IMG/VR virus record: IMGVR_UViG_2808606532_000002
Location: 1 to 64,000 of that record
Origin: a virus
Lineage: Duplodnaviria > Caudoviricetes
Length of the DNA: 64,000 bases
Direction: 5' to 3' (one strand)
The position numbers and the translations under genes were made by a program. The notes beneath the pieces were generated by a model. It worked only from the letters and a program-made list of their open reading frames with translations, was not told the DNA's origin and made no database searches. The number at the start of each line of letters is the position of its first letter. The stretch's first letter is position 1. Shown in pieces: positions 1 to 10,234 of this stretch.

Positions 1-987
1 TTAGTTCTTATCATTTAATAGTTCATAAGGTGTAAAAGTAATCACTGTTTCACCAAGCCAATGATTCACTTCTTCTAGGCGCTGTTGTAGTGGCTTAATC
101 TCATTGATAAAAAAGACTTTCCCAGCCTTTTCAACATCGCCAAAACCAGCCGCATTTGTTGGGATAATCCCCATTAATTGCGGTGGCACTCTATGAGCCG
201 CTAATATATCGTCACGGCTAGAGTTCTTAATATTCAAAAATTCATCTTTAGCAACAATATCTGAAAGCGGAATAACTTGAATACCGTCCTTTTTACCATT
301 TGGCGCATGAATAAATAAATTCTTAAAGTTTCCTTTTCCTTTGGCTTGGCTTAATTGCTCTTTGATAGCCAAAATATCATCTTCATTTTGCATCGGATCC
401 GTAAGATACAAAATCGCCCCAGCATGTGCGCCATTTTGATAATATTTGCGACGGAATAAAGTGGCGCTCTCGTTTAGCAAAGCAGATTGCAACGAAGAAA
501 AATAATCAGGTAAGCCATAAATTTCCTGATTAATATCGGGATTAATTAAATGAAAAATGCTATCTTTTGCAAACTCATGTTCATTAAAATTATGCAAGAA
601 GTAAAACATACCTTGCTCAATCCCCTTACGCACATACTTAGCCAACGGCACATCAAGCGCAATAGTTTTACCCCAAGAATTAGTAATTTTTTCTAGGTAA
701 GCATTACCAAAAATCAAATAGTCATTCACTAACTTCTCAAGTGTCGTACGTGGTAAAAGTGCGGTCGTTTTACAAGTAGAAAGTAAAATATTCTTCTTCA
801 CAGTGATAGCGCTCTGATGATGCGCAGCAGAACGATAAGCACGAGATAGCCCATTAAAATCAATGGGTGGCGTATAATATTTATCATGTAGCAACACACT
901 TTCAAAGTAATTCAGAATATCAGCACCTTCTAAAACAGGCACAGGGTCACCAAAAGTAAAGGCATGTACAGATTTAGATTTATCCAT
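1..987 (-). CDS. Q: P2-like portal protein (PBSX family)
   Basis: FGDPVPVL, YGLPDY, SALLNESATLFRRKYYQNGAHAG, AHRVPPQLMGIIP motifs of P2 gpQ. Confidence 0.95.
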   Translation of the reverse strand: MDKSKSVHAFTFGDPVPVLEGADILNYFESVLLHDKYYTPPIDFNGLSRAYRSAAHHQSAITVKKNILLSTCKTTALLPRTTLEKLVNDYLIFGNAYLEKITNSWGKTIALDVPLAKYVRKGIEQGMFYFLHNFNEHEFAKDSIFHLINPDINQEIYGLPDYFSSLQSALLNESATLFRRKYYQNGAHAGAILYLTDPMQNEDDILAIKEQLSQAKGKGNFKNLFIHAPNGKKDGIQVIPLSDIVAKDEFLNIKNSSRDDILAAHRVPPQLMGIIPTNAAGFGDVEKAGKVFFINEIKPLQQRLEEVNHWLGETVITFTPYELLNDKN

Positions 988-1000
988 TTTGTATTAGATC

Positions 1001-2733
1001 CTATTCAAAAGTAAAAATAGTAGATTGGCTACGATGATTACCGCCGCCGTAATTCTCGTTCAAAATACAATGCATAATTGCCCAAGCTAAATCGCCATGG
1101 CTTGCATCTTGCGAACGGTCAGAAACATAAGTCATCTGGCGTCCAGTTTTCGTTGCTTGACGTTTAATTGTCATAAAACTATTAATAATTTCCTTCCCAT
1201 CCCATTTAATCCGTCTTTTCTGCACCAAGTTTAACGTCTTCAGAACCATCTCATTTTTTAAGTTCAAGTCATAAGTTAGCCCCACTGCAGAAGGAAAGAA
1301 TTTCTTGACCAACTGAAAAACACCATCGCCCATACCTGTTCTATCAACAGTAATTTTAGTGACATGATAATTTTTACAATAATCAGCAATCTTACTTGCC
1401 TGTTGCTCATAATCTAAGCCATGGAAAGTATCGTAATGTAAAACACGAAAATCAGCGCCTTCAACTCTAGGCGGAGCAACAATCGCTAATGCGGCACGGT
1501 CACCCGTAAAAGCAGGATCATAACCAATCCAGACTTCACGATTACCAAAAGTTTAAAATCTTGCCATTCCTCATAGCTATCAACTTGGCAAGCCTGTAAA
1601 TCAGCAAATTTAAAAATACTGGTATTATCATCAGCAAACTGACACATAAATAACTGGTCAAATTCTTCCGTTGAGTTCTCAAAGCGCAATTCTTCAATAT
1701 CAAATAAATCACAACCGCCCTTTTGTGCATCATAAATCGTGACAATTTGTTTCCAGTGCCTATCCGCACAAAGCCGCCCTGATTGCAAATTCTTATGGCT
1801 AATATCAAATTCAGCTTTATCTTCATTGGCACGGCGTTTATTAAATAGCTCGCCAGACCAAAATTTATAAGCATCAGATGCTTTTGTGGTAGGTGTAGAA
1901 AAGTAAGTTTGACGATATTGCTTTTGTGCGGCCATAGCACTCGCCACCTTGCGCATCTCCCCGAATTTAGGCACCCAAAAGTATTCATCAAAATATAAAT
2001 TGCCATGATAACTTTGTGCCGTAGCAGAATTTGTTCCTAAAAAAATCAGCTCAGCCCCATTGGGTAATAAAATCGTTTCGCCTTTAAGTTCTAAATCTGC
2101 TTTTTCTTTGGCATAAGCCGTAATATAAGAACGGAATTGCAAAGCCTGTTTTTTACTTGCTGATAAAAAAATCTGATTACGCCCCGTTTTTAACGCATCA
2201 ACAAAAGCCTCACGAGCAAAATAATAAGTCGCTCCAATTTGGCGACTTTTTAAAATTTCCCGAATGCGATAATGATTACCCGCATCAAACCAATGGCGCT
2301 GATACTGAAAAATACCATCAAAAAAGCCATTAATCAGTAATTCTTCTTGCTCTGCGGTAATCGGATTTTTATCTCGATATTTCCGTTCTGCGCTATAACG
2401 TTTTTCTAATTTAGGGTTTAAATCAACTTCATTACCGCCGCCATTGGAATATTTCTTAATTCTTGCCATTTTTTCCATTTGGCGCCCAAGTAAATCAATT
2501 TCCTTAAAATCATGGCCCGTTTTATTCTCCTTCAGAATAAGTAAATTCATCCTTGCTTCTAACGTATTTTCAACCCGACCAACGGGCGCAATATCGTCCC
2601 ATTTCTCCCTATCTTTCCAACTTGAAATAGTAGAAACAGGCAAGCCTAATTTCTCGGCAATATCCGTAATACGCCAACCAGCAAAGTAAAGCAAACGGCT
2701 TTCACGCTTATTATCCAAAGTAATCTCAGTCAT
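1001..2733 (-). pseudogene. P: Terminase ATPase subunit, frameshifted near 1550
   Basis: KSRQIGAT Walker A and YFDEYFW Walker B in 1486..2733; the C-terminal part (FGNREVWIGYDPAFTGD...SHGDLAWA) continues in another frame from ~1550 to 1001. Confidence 0.9.
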
Positions 2734-2801
2734 CTATTAATCCTTGATTTTGCTTAACTGCATAATAAGGAAAAGCAAAGAAATGAATGATCGCTGTTCA
2801 C

Positions 2802-2820
2802 TGTCAAACAGCCTTTAACA
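2802..2820. promoter_or_regulatory. Putative late-activator (Ogr-like) site TGT-N13-ACA between divergent P and O genes
   Basis: TGTcaaacagcctttaACA; same spacing recurs upstream of V and FI. Confidence 0.55.
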
Positions 2821-2869
2821 TAGCCAAGAAAATGACAACAAAAAAGAACTTACGCAATATGACAACAAT

Positions 2870-3727
2870 TTGAAAAACAAAAATAGGAATAAGTCCATGT
2901 TTAAAAAATTTAAATCAAGATGGTTTGTTGTAGCGACTGAAGGCGCAACGACAGACGGACGTAATATTGCTCGGGTTTGGATTGAACAAATGGCAGAAAG
3001 CTACAATCCTAAAACCTATGGCGCACGCATTAATTTAGACCATATCAAAACATGGCTTTATCGCAAAGATGAGCCACATGCCCAAGCCTACGGCGATGTA
3101 CTTGCACTTAAAACGCAAGAAAATGAAGAAGGTAAATTACAGTTATTAGCACAAATAGATCCAACTGATGACCTTATTGCGCTAAATAATAAGCGCCAAA
3201 AAGTGTACACCTCCATTGAAGTAGATACCAATTTTGGCGAAACAGGAAAAGCCTACCTCGTCGGATTAGCCGTAACAGATAACCCAGCTAGTTTAGGCAC
3301 AGAAATGTTGCAATTTGCTGCAACGGCACAAGCCAACCCATTTAACGCACGCAAATTAAAAGCTGACAATTTATTTACGGAGGCAGTAGAAACCATTTTG
3401 GAATTTAACGAAGTAGAACCAGAAAAACCAAGTCTATTTGAGCGCATTGCGGCTATGTTTGGTCAAAGAGAACGCACTGAACAACAACGTTTTGCTGATG
3501 TAGATAACGCAGTCATGTTACTTTCCGAAGAAGTACAAAACATCAGCCAAAAATACACCGCACTTGAAACGGAAAATCAAACACTAAAACAGCGACTTGA
3601 TGAATATTCAGCAAAAATTACAGAACACAGTGAAAAATTTGCTGAGTTAGAAAAACAGCCAGCAGAAAATTATCGTAAGCGACCTTTAGCGAATGGGGAT
3701 AGCGTTAACGATGGGCGTTTCTTTTAA
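2870..3727 (+). CDS. O: Capsid scaffolding protein
   Basis: ATEGATTDGR, YLVGLAVTDNPASLGTEML motifs; true start probably ATG 2897. Confidence 0.93.
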   Translation: MKNKNRNKSMFKKFKSRWFVVATEGATTDGRNIARVWIEQMAESYNPKTYGARINLDHIKTWLYRKDEPHAQAYGDVLALKTQENEEGKLQLLAQIDPTDDLIALNNKRQKVYTSIEVDTNFGETGKAYLVGLAVTDNPASLGTEMLQFAATAQANPFNARKLKADNLFTEAVETILEFNEVEPEKPSLFERIAAMFGQRERTEQQRFADVDNAVMLLSEEVQNISQKYTALETENQTLKQRLDEYSAKITEHSEKFAELEKQPAENYRKRPLANGDSVNDGRFF

Positions 3728-3750
3728 TCAATAGTTAAGGATTTTAAAAT

Positions 3751-4788
3751 ATGAAAAAAACAACCGCAGTAACATTAATGAATTACCTACAAGGCATTTC
3801 ACAAGATAACAAAGAAGATTTTTCTCGAATTGCCATGGGTGCAAAATTTACGGTTGAGCCAAGTGTTCAACAGCGCCTTGAAAATGCAGTACAAGAAAGT
3901 TCAGATTTCCTCAAATTGATCAACATTGTGCCAGTAGATGAACAACAGGGCGAAATCTTGGGCTTAGGGGTTGCAGGTACAATTGCAGGGACAACAGACA
4001 CAAATTCTGCAGGACGTAAAACGCAAGCAATTCATGCTTTAAGCAAAATTCCATATCACTGTCAACAAATTAACTATGACACACATCTCAAATATGCAAC
4101 CTTAGATATGTGGGCGAAATTCCCTGATTTTGCTAAACGTATTGGTGCATTAAAAGCAGAAAGAATGGCGTTAGACCGAATTATGATTGGTTTTAATGGA
4201 ACAAGTCGTGCCGCAACGTCAAACAGAGTAAGTAATCCATTATTACAAGACGTTGCTGTAGGCTGGTTGAAAAAAATCGAAGATAACGCACCTGAGCGAG
4301 TAATGAAAGAAGAAACAAGAGATAGCGGAAAAATTGAAGTCGGTGAAGGTAAAACCTATAAAAATTTAGATGCCCTTGTTTTCTCAGCGGTTAGCGACTT
4401 AATTGCCCCTCAATTCCAAGATGATACAAAATTAGTTGCCATCATGAGCCGTGATTTACTAGCGGATAAATATTTCCCTCTGGTCAATCAAAGTAAGGCA
4501 AGTGAACAAGTGTCTGGCGATATTATTATGAGTACAAAACGAGTAGGCGGATTACCAGCAGTACAAGCTCCATTTGTACCAAAAGGCACAATCTTAATTA
4601 CCCGACTTGATAATCTCTCCATTTATTATCAATCTGGTGCAATGCGTAGAACATTGAAAGACAACGCAGAATATGATCGCTACGAAGATTACACATCTTC
4701 TAATGATGACTTTGTTGTTGAAAATTATGAAAGTGTTGCATTGCTAAAAAATATCAAGATGGTTGATGCTCCGCAAGGAGATAGCTAA
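3751..4788 (+). CDS. N: Major capsid protein, P2 family
   Basis: ALDRIMIGFNG, NPLLQDVAVGWL, ITRLDNLSIYYQ. Confidence 0.95.
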   Translation: MKKTTAVTLMNYLQGISQDNKEDFSRIAMGAKFTVEPSVQQRLENAVQESSDFLKLINIVPVDEQQGEILGLGVAGTIAGTTDTNSAGRKTQAIHALSKIPYHCQQINYDTHLKYATLDMWAKFPDFAKRIGALKAERMALDRIMIGFNGTSRAATSNRVSNPLLQDVAVGWLKKIEDNAPERVMKEETRDSGKIEVGEGKTYKNLDALVFSAVSDLIAPQFQDDTKLVAIMSRDLLADKYFPLVNQSKASEQVSGDIIMSTKRVGGLPAVQAPFVPKGTILITRLDNLSIYYQSGAMRRTLKDNAEYDRYEDYTSSNDDFVVENYESVALLKNIKMVDAPQGDS

Positions 4789-5450
4789 TGCGACCAACCC
4801 AAAGGCATTTTCTAGAGGCATCAGCGAAAAAGGCGCATATGCAAGAAGAGCACTTACTCGCTGGTGCCACGGAATACGAAAAAATGCTCTATCTTCTTGC
4901 TCGTCATAAAAAGGATTTAAAAGAAATTCATTCTATGGAGCTAAAGGCAGAATATAAAAAGAAAATTCTGCCTGATTACCTACCATGGATAGAAGGCGCT
5001 TTAAGTAGTGCGAGTGGTAAACAAGATAATGTCTTAATGACATGGTTAATTTGGTCAATTGACTGTGAGCAATATCATCTTGCGTTACAAATTGCCGAAT
5101 ATGCTATTCATCAAGGGCTTGTATTGCCAGAAAACTTTAACCGCACATTATGTTCTGCGCTTGTGGAAGAATTTGCGGATAAAGCCAAAATTGCACAAAA
5201 ACTTAACCGCACTTTTGACGTTGCCTATTTAGAGCGAATAGCGAAACTCACTGATGAACAAGATATGCCAGACGAAAGTCGGGCAAGACTTTACCGTGAA
5301 ATCGGCTTATTAAAGCTCACATCAGAACCAAAAACTGCCTTAACCTACTTAGAACGGGCATTAGAGCTAAATTTAAATATTGGTGTACAAGGGGAAATCA
5401 AAAAATTGCGCAAACAGCTTGAGCAAGAAAATAAACCCAACGACCAATAA
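4788..5450 (+). CDS. M: Terminase endonuclease subunit
   Basis: LPDYLPWIEG, QDNVLMTWLIW, DMPDESRARLY; synteny. Confidence 0.92.
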   Translation: MRPTQRHFLEASAKKAHMQEEHLLAGATEYEKMLYLLARHKKDLKEIHSMELKAEYKKKILPDYLPWIEGALSSASGKQDNVLMTWLIWSIDCEQYHLALQIAEYAIHQGLVLPENFNRTLCSALVEEFADKAKIAQKLNRTFDVAYLERIAKLTDEQDMPDESRARLYREIGLLKLTSEPKTALTYLERALELNLNIGVQGEIKKLRKQLEQENKPNDQ

Positions 5451-5547
5451 ACAGAGCAAAGCGCAGCACGCCAAGCGAGGCGGAAAGTAACGGCTTTTTG
5501 CCTACTCACTTTCCTCACCTCGCTTTTTTTACAGTTTAAGGAAAATC

Positions 5548-6060
5548 ATGAGTAATACCATTGCCATAAATAAAGTCAAAAATTACGCCATGGACGACTT
5601 AAAACGCCATGCAGATAAACAAGCAATAGATAATGAATTTATCCAAAATAACGGATTTTTCCCAGATATTAGCGTGCTTGATGTACGCAACACCATGCGC
5701 CTAGACGGCACAGTCACAAATGAACGGCTCAAAATGGAATTAATTGAGGCAATGGCAACCGTAAACCATGCTTTAAAAAATTACCAAAAACGCATAAAAG
5801 AAAAAGGGATAGATAGCCTTGATGATATTGATGAAGAACAAATCAACGGTGAAAGTATCGTAATCAACCGCTACAAAAGAGCCGTCTATTGTCTCACGAT
5901 TGCCAACTTAAACGAACGCTATCGTTCGTATGACACCACAAAGCAAGGCGCAGAAAAAGCACAAGAATTTGAAGAAAGCGTAGATGATTTAAGACGAGAT
6001 GCTCGTTTCGCTATCCGTGACATATTGGGACAGCATCGCATGACAGTGGAGTTAATTTAA
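5548..6060 (+). CDS. L: Head completion/stabilisation protein
   Basis: FFPDI, YKRAVY, RFAIRDILG...VELI. Confidence 0.9.
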   Translation: MSNTIAINKVKNYAMDDLKRHADKQAIDNEFIQNNGFFPDISVLDVRNTMRLDGTVTNERLKMELIEAMATVNHALKNYQKRIKEKGIDSLDDIDEEQINGESIVINRYKRAVYCLTIANLNERYRSYDTTKQGAEKAQEFEESVDDLRRDARFAIRDILGQHRMTVELI

Positions 6061-6275
6061 TGCCAAGAGTGATTTACGCACAGCAAAACGACACACTTGA
6101 TGCCATTGTTTACCGCTATTTTGGCAAAACACTCGGCTTAGTGGAACAAGTATTAGAACGCAATCCACATCTTGCCAAGTTACCTGTATTAGCCATTGGC
6201 ACAGAAGTCATCTTACCAAATATAGAAGATATACAGCCAACGACCAACAAAACAACCTTGAGCTTGTGGGACTAA
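6060..6275 (+). CDS. X: Tail protein X
   Basis: QNDTLDAIVYRYFG...NPHLA...LSLWD. Confidence 0.9.
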   Translation: MPRVIYAQQNDTLDAIVYRYFGKTLGLVEQVLERNPHLAKLPVLAIGTEVILPNIEDIQPTTNKTTLSLWD

Positions 6276-6503
6276 ATGAGAGGAAAAGGAATGTTAAAAA
6301 ATAGCGAAACGACAGGCGCATATTTTGGATCCGTAGTTGCTATTTACAGCGGACTCACCTTAGCAGATTGGGCGGCTATCTTTGGTATTTTATTTGGTTT
6401 ATTTACCATGCTGATCAACTGGTATTACAAACATAAAGAAATGCAATTAAAAGAAAAAGCTCTTAAACATCAAATTGACTTAACGGATACAGAGAATGAA
6501 TAA
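6276..6503 (+). CDS. Holin (HP1-family)
   Basis: Hydrophobic segments ending INWYYK, directly upstream of the lysozyme. Confidence 0.85.
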   Translation: MRGKGMLKNSETTGAYFGSVVAIYSGLTLADWAAIFGILFGLFTMLINWYYKHKEMQLKEKALKHQIDLTDTENE

Positions 6504-7023
6504 ATTAACAAAATGGAGTGCAGGGGCTATTTGCAGTGTGGCCACAATTATTGCCCTAGTAAAAACAACGCATCAAGACTTGCGAATTAGCCAACAAGGT
6601 TTAGAAATTATCGGACAAGCAGAAGGTTGTCGCAGAGATCCATATCATTGCCCAGCTGATGTATTAACCGTTGGCATAGGCTCAACTGCAGCGAGTGGCG
6701 AACCAATTAATCCGCAAAAACGTTATAACGACACAGAAATAGCGCAACGCTGGGCGCATGATTTACGCCGAGCAGAACAATGTGTAAATCAATATGGCAA
6801 CGGAAAAAATCTACCGCAAGGCGCTTTTGATGCCCTCGTCTCCCTAACCTTTAATGTCGGTTGTGGAAAAATGCAAAAAAGTACCTTATTCAAACAAGCG
6901 CAACAAGGCTTTAAGCCCCAAATGTGCCAACAGTTTGATCGCTGGGTTTATGCAGGCGGGCAAAAATTAAATGGCTTAATCAAACGCAGAGCAAAAGAAA
7001 AAGTACTCTGCTTAGGATTGTAA
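6496..7023 (+). CDS. Endolysin, GH24 lysozyme with SAR-like N-terminus
   Basis: AEGCRRDPYHCPADVLTVGIG catalytic E/D/T pattern; GLIKRRAKE. Confidence 0.92.
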   Translation: MNKLTKWSAGAICSVATIIALVKTTHQDLRISQQGLEIIGQAEGCRRDPYHCPADVLTVGIGSTAASGEPINPQKRYNDTEIAQRWAHDLRRAEQCVNQYGNGKNLPQGAFDALVSLTFNVGCGKMQKSTLFKQAQQGFKPQMCQQFDRWVYAGGQKLNGLIKRRAKEKVLCLGL

Positions 7024-7033
7024 GGGAATAATC

Positions 7034-7486
7034 ATGAGTAAATTTGAAACCTTTTTTATCGGTGCATTTAGCAAAGCCATGATAGCAGCAGTATTAATTC
7101 TGGTCAGTGTTAATGGCTATTTATGTTTTAGTAACAAAGTGAAAGAACAAAAGTTAATCAACGCAAGCGAAATCATTAAGCAAGAAAAAGCCACAAATCA
7201 GCAATTAAGCTATCAATTAGAACATGCACAAAGGCAAATAAACCAATATCAAGCGCAAGTTAAAGCGCTACATGAAAATGTCCTAAACCATTTACAACAA
7301 GCAGAGAATAGAACCAATGAAATTATGCAAGAATTACAAAATGTTACCACTTGGAGCAATCAGCCTGTGCCTACTAACATTATCCGCCTGTTCGACAAAC
7401 GAACCCGTGCGATTAATCAAGCCCACTCCCCTACTTTGCCCAATGGATCAACTGTGCCAAATGCCGCAGATAAAACTAAAAAATAA
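7034..7486 (+). CDS. Inner-membrane spanin (Rz/LysB-like)
   Basis: N-terminal TM, coiled coil, WSNQPVP motif, follows endolysin. Confidence 0.8.
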   Translation: MSKFETFFIGAFSKAMIAAVLILVSVNGYLCFSNKVKEQKLINASEIIKQEKATNQQLSYQLEHAQRQINQYQAQVKALHENVLNHLQQAENRTNEIMQELQNVTTWSNQPVPTNIIRLFDKRTRAINQAHSPTLPNGSTVPNAADKTKK

Positions 7487-7613
7487 CAGTGATCTCGTCT
7501 TAGCATTAGATAAATCACTGAACGCCATTGAACAATGTCGCCTTAAAGAACAAGCACTTACGCAATGCATAGAAAATTACAACCGCACTTTACAGGAAAA
7601 AAACAATGACTGA
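7317..7613 (+). CDS. Outer-membrane spanin lipoprotein (Rz1/LysC-like)
   Basis: Lipobox LSAC, Pro/Cys-rich, overlaps the i-spanin in another frame. Confidence 0.8.
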   Translation: MKLCKNYKMLPLGAISLCLLTLSACSTNEPVRLIKPTPLLCPMDQLCQMPQIKLKNNSDLVLALDKSLNAIEQCRLKEQALTQCIENYNRTLQEKNND

Positions 7614-7821
7614 TCAATTTGACCGAGCAAGTGAAATAGAAGAACAAATGCGCCAACATGCAATCCGCAAACAACAGCAACAAATGACAGACAAAAGTGC
7701 GGTGCGATTTTGCTTAGATTGTGATGAAGAAATTCCAGTAATCCGTCAAAAAATGGGGTGTTCTCGTTGCGTAAATTGTCAAATCATTTTCGAAAAACAC
7801 CAACGCATTTATCGAAGATAA
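7606..7821 (+). CDS. TraR/DksA-type C4 zinc-finger protein
   Basis: DQFDRASEIEE...CLDC...CVNCQ. Confidence 0.85.
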   Translation: MTDQFDRASEIEEQMRQHAIRKQQQQMTDKSAVRFCLDCDEEIPVIRQKMGCSRCVNCQIIFEKHQRIYRR

Positions 7822-7843
7822 GGTAAAGAAAAGGAAATAGAAA

Positions 7844-8332
7844 ATGCTCAAAGCCGAATTAATACGCAGTCTATTACAACAAGTTTCAGAAGATCTACGC
7901 AAAAACCCAGATAAATTAGAGCTATTTATTGATGAAGGGCTTATTGTTGGTGCTGGCGCCCATTCCGCATCTTATGAACTCCAATATACCTTAAATATTA
8001 TCGTAAATGATTTTACTGGCTCACCTAATATGATTTTTGCGCCCCTAATGGACTTTATCCGCGAAAACCAACCCGATTTAGTGGATAACCCAGAAAGAAG
8101 AAAAGACGGTTTCCGCTTTATCGCAGACCATAACAACCACGACAGCATAGATCTATCTATTTATCTAAAACTTACAGAGCGAGTGCTCGTAAAAGAAGAA
8201 AACGGAAAAAATATCATTAAACACCTAGATGAACCACGCCTAAATGAATACCCAGACATTACAGAATGGCAATTATTTATTGGTAATAACCTAGTGCAAA
8301 CATGGCAAACAGAAAATAAAGAGCGCCCATAA
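7844..8332 (+). CDS. R: Tail completion protein R
   Basis: NPDKLELFIDEG, DLSIYLKLTERV, HLDEP. Confidence 0.88.
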   Translation: MLKAELIRSLLQQVSEDLRKNPDKLELFIDEGLIVGAGAHSASYELQYTLNIIVNDFTGSPNMIFAPLMDFIRENQPDLVDNPERRKDGFRFIADHNNHDSIDLSIYLKLTERVLVKEENGKNIIKHLDEPRLNEYPDITEWQLFIGNNLVQTWQTENKERP

Positions 8333-8790
8333 TGGACGAAATGTTACAAGTCAAAACGGCTTTTGATACCTTATTAAAAAATATCTCAAAAGAACGCCGC
8401 AGATTGCTCTACCAACAAATCGGACGAGCACTTGCACAAAGTCAACGCAGACGCATAAAAGCACAGCAAAATCCCGACGGTTCTGCTTATGCACCTCGCA
8501 AGAAAAAAGTGCGGTCAAAAAAAGGCAGAATAAAAGCGCAGACCATGTTCAAAAAAATTAGCCAAGCCAAACACATGAAACTCCGTTACCAAAAAGAAGG
8601 CATTGAACTCGGCTTTAGTGGTAATACCGCCTATATCGCCAATATTCATCAGTACGGCTTAAAAGCAAGAGTAGAACGGAACAAGGCACATAAAGTGCAA
8701 TACGCCCAGCGTGAACTACTGGGCTTTACAGAACAAGATAGAGAAATGATAGAAGATTTTGTGGTTAAGGCGTTGGCTGATGGAATATAA
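8332..8790 (+). CDS. S: Virion morphogenesis / tail completion protein S
   Basis: QQNPDGSAYAPRK, IHQYGL, YAQRELLGF. Confidence 0.9.
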   Translation: MDEMLQVKTAFDTLLKNISKERRRLLYQQIGRALAQSQRRRIKAQQNPDGSAYAPRKKKVRSKKGRIKAQTMFKKISQAKHMKLRYQKEGIELGFSGNTAYIANIHQYGLKARVERNKAHKVQYAQRELLGFTEQDREMIEDFVVKALADGI

Positions 8791-8793
8791 AAA
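8590..8793 (+). repeat. Direct repeat copy 1 (3' end of gene S)
   Basis: 204 bp, matching 9384..9587 except for 2 substitutions seen. Confidence 0.95.
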
Positions 8794-8817
8794 AACGGTC
8801 AGAGTTGACCGCTGTAT

Positions 8818-9261
8818 TTAGCTGTTTTGATATTCTTTATAGGCGAAATAGCTACAACCAAATAAGAATACACCAAATAAAGAAAGTGTAAGCAAAGGAT
8901 TATCTGTTGAAGTAACAATAAATACGAACGGAGAAATAAGTAAGGCTAGTAGGAAAATAGCAACAGCTCCAACCAAAGGTAAAACGACAAAGGATAGCCA
9001 GAGATTTTTTGTGAGACTTACAGCCAGTTTAGTTATAGCTGGGAACTGTTGAGTAATTGCTGATGAGGCAAAATTTAATAAATAAACAACGAAACCAATC
9101 GCTGATAACACAATAATAGCCGCAATAATATAAGGAATTACTGAAATTAACTCAGTAAATCCAACTACAATAAAAGGTAATGTCACTAAAAAGCTAACAA
9201 CACTCACTATACTAAAGAATATTGTAAAAATAGCCATAATATCCTCCTTTTTTAGCATCAT
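8818..9261 (-). CDS. Moron membrane protein 1 (about 4 TM)
   Basis: Very hydrophobic ORF; likely start ATG 9237 after AAGGAGG; own TTGACA (9281-9286, minus strand). Confidence 0.75.
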   Translation of the reverse strand: MMLKKEDIMAIFTIFFSIVSVVSFLVTLPFIVVGFTELISVIPYIIAAIIVLSAIGFVVYLLNFASSAITQQFPAITKLAVSLTKNLWLSFVVLPLVGAVAIFLLALLISPFVFIVTSTDNPLLTLSLFGVFLFGCSYFAYKEYQNS

Positions 9262-9310
9262 AAAACGACAGTTAATTATCTGTCAATAAATAATCAATCT
9301 AGGAATAAAT

Positions 9311-9390
9311 ATGAGTAAAGATTTAAAAATTCAAATTATGTTATCTGCAATGGATAAATTTACAGCTCCAATGGGACGAGCTGCAAAAAG
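9311..9390 (+). pseudogene. Orphan 5' stub of a tape measure gene
   Basis: Encodes MSKDLKIQIMLSAMDKFTAPMGRAAK, homologous to MSQNLKIQVLLNAIDKLTAPFRSASK at 10572; fused to the gene S duplicate. Confidence 0.85.
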
Positions 9391-9587
9391 AAGGCATTGA
9401 ACTCGGCTTTAGTGGTAATACCGCCTATATCGCCAATATTCATCAGTACGGCTTAAAAGCAAGAGTAGAACGGAACAAGGCACATAAAGTGCAATACGCC
9501 CAGCGTGAACTACTGGGCTTTACAGAACAAGATAGAGAAATGATAGAAAATTTTGTGGTTAAGGCGTTGGCTGATGGAACATAAAAA
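9384..9587 (+). repeat. Direct repeat copy 2 (duplicated 3' end of gene S)
   Basis: Near-identical to 8590..8793. Confidence 0.95.
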
Positions 9588-9620
9588 GCAGTCAGATCAA
9601 TAACTACTCTGAAACGAGAA

Positions 9621-10013
9621 TTAACCCAGAACCCAATAACCAAATAACAACAGAAAAAGGGTAAGCGAAGCACCCATTTCCATGCTAAAACCATAATTAG
9701 CTTGTGCATCAAGGTCACAATGTCCTGTTTTTTTCTGGTAAAGCATTAATAGAAAATCAAATAGCATCATCACAGGCACAAAGGCTAAAGCTAAAAACAA
9801 ACAGGCAAGCCCAATGGGAATCATCAAAAAAAGAGAGATAACGGATGTCGCTGCTAATTTTGACCAAGTAAGATCGGAGAAATCCAAGGCATAATGTCCC
9901 ATAATCAAACAGGCAATCAGCGTAAACAACATAGAAATATGCATAATATGCCCAAGCCAAAATAGTGTAAAGTTTTCCTTGTTCTGTTGAGAAGAAAAAT
10001 CAGACTGTAACAT
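9621..10013 (-). CDS. Moron membrane protein 2 (3-4 TM)
   Basis: Hydrophobic ORF, AAGGGG RBS, TTGACA-17-TAAGTT promoter on minus strand (10061-10066 / 10038-10043). Confidence 0.7.
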   Translation of the reverse strand: MLQSDFSSQQNKENFTLFWLGHIMHISMLFTLIACLIMGHYALDFSDLTWSKLAATSVISLFLMIPIGLACLFLALAFVPVMMLFDFLLMLYQKKTGHCDLDAQANYGFSMEMGASLTLFLLLFGYWVLG

Positions 10014-10162
10014 AACAACCCCTTATTTATTTTAGGTAACTTAATTCCTTTTTTATTGAATGTCAATACGGATTAAACGAACTAAGTGCCTAGCATTCTT
10101 AGCCAATAAATAGATTATTCCACATCAAATGGGAGAAAAAGAATGAACAAAAATTTAGATGC

Positions 10163-10230
10163 GTAGGGTGCGCTTTAGCGCACCAATTAAATTAATCTAT
10201 TTGATAATGGTGCGCTAAAGCGCCCCCTAC
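10163..10230. repeat. GTAG-type REP doublet (REPIN-like)
   Basis: GTAGGGTGCGCTTTAGCGCACCA ... TGGTGCGCTAAAGCGCCCCCTAC inverted pair with AT-rich spacer. Confidence 0.8.
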
Positions 10231-10234
10231 TAAA

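Noticed and set aside
1542-2006. 154-aa alternative-frame ORF in terminase
   Set aside because: Shadow frame within gene P with no motifs or RBS
9443-9718. 91-aa minus-strand ORF
   Set aside because: Mostly the reverse complement of the duplicated gene S segment, overlapping a better-supported ORF
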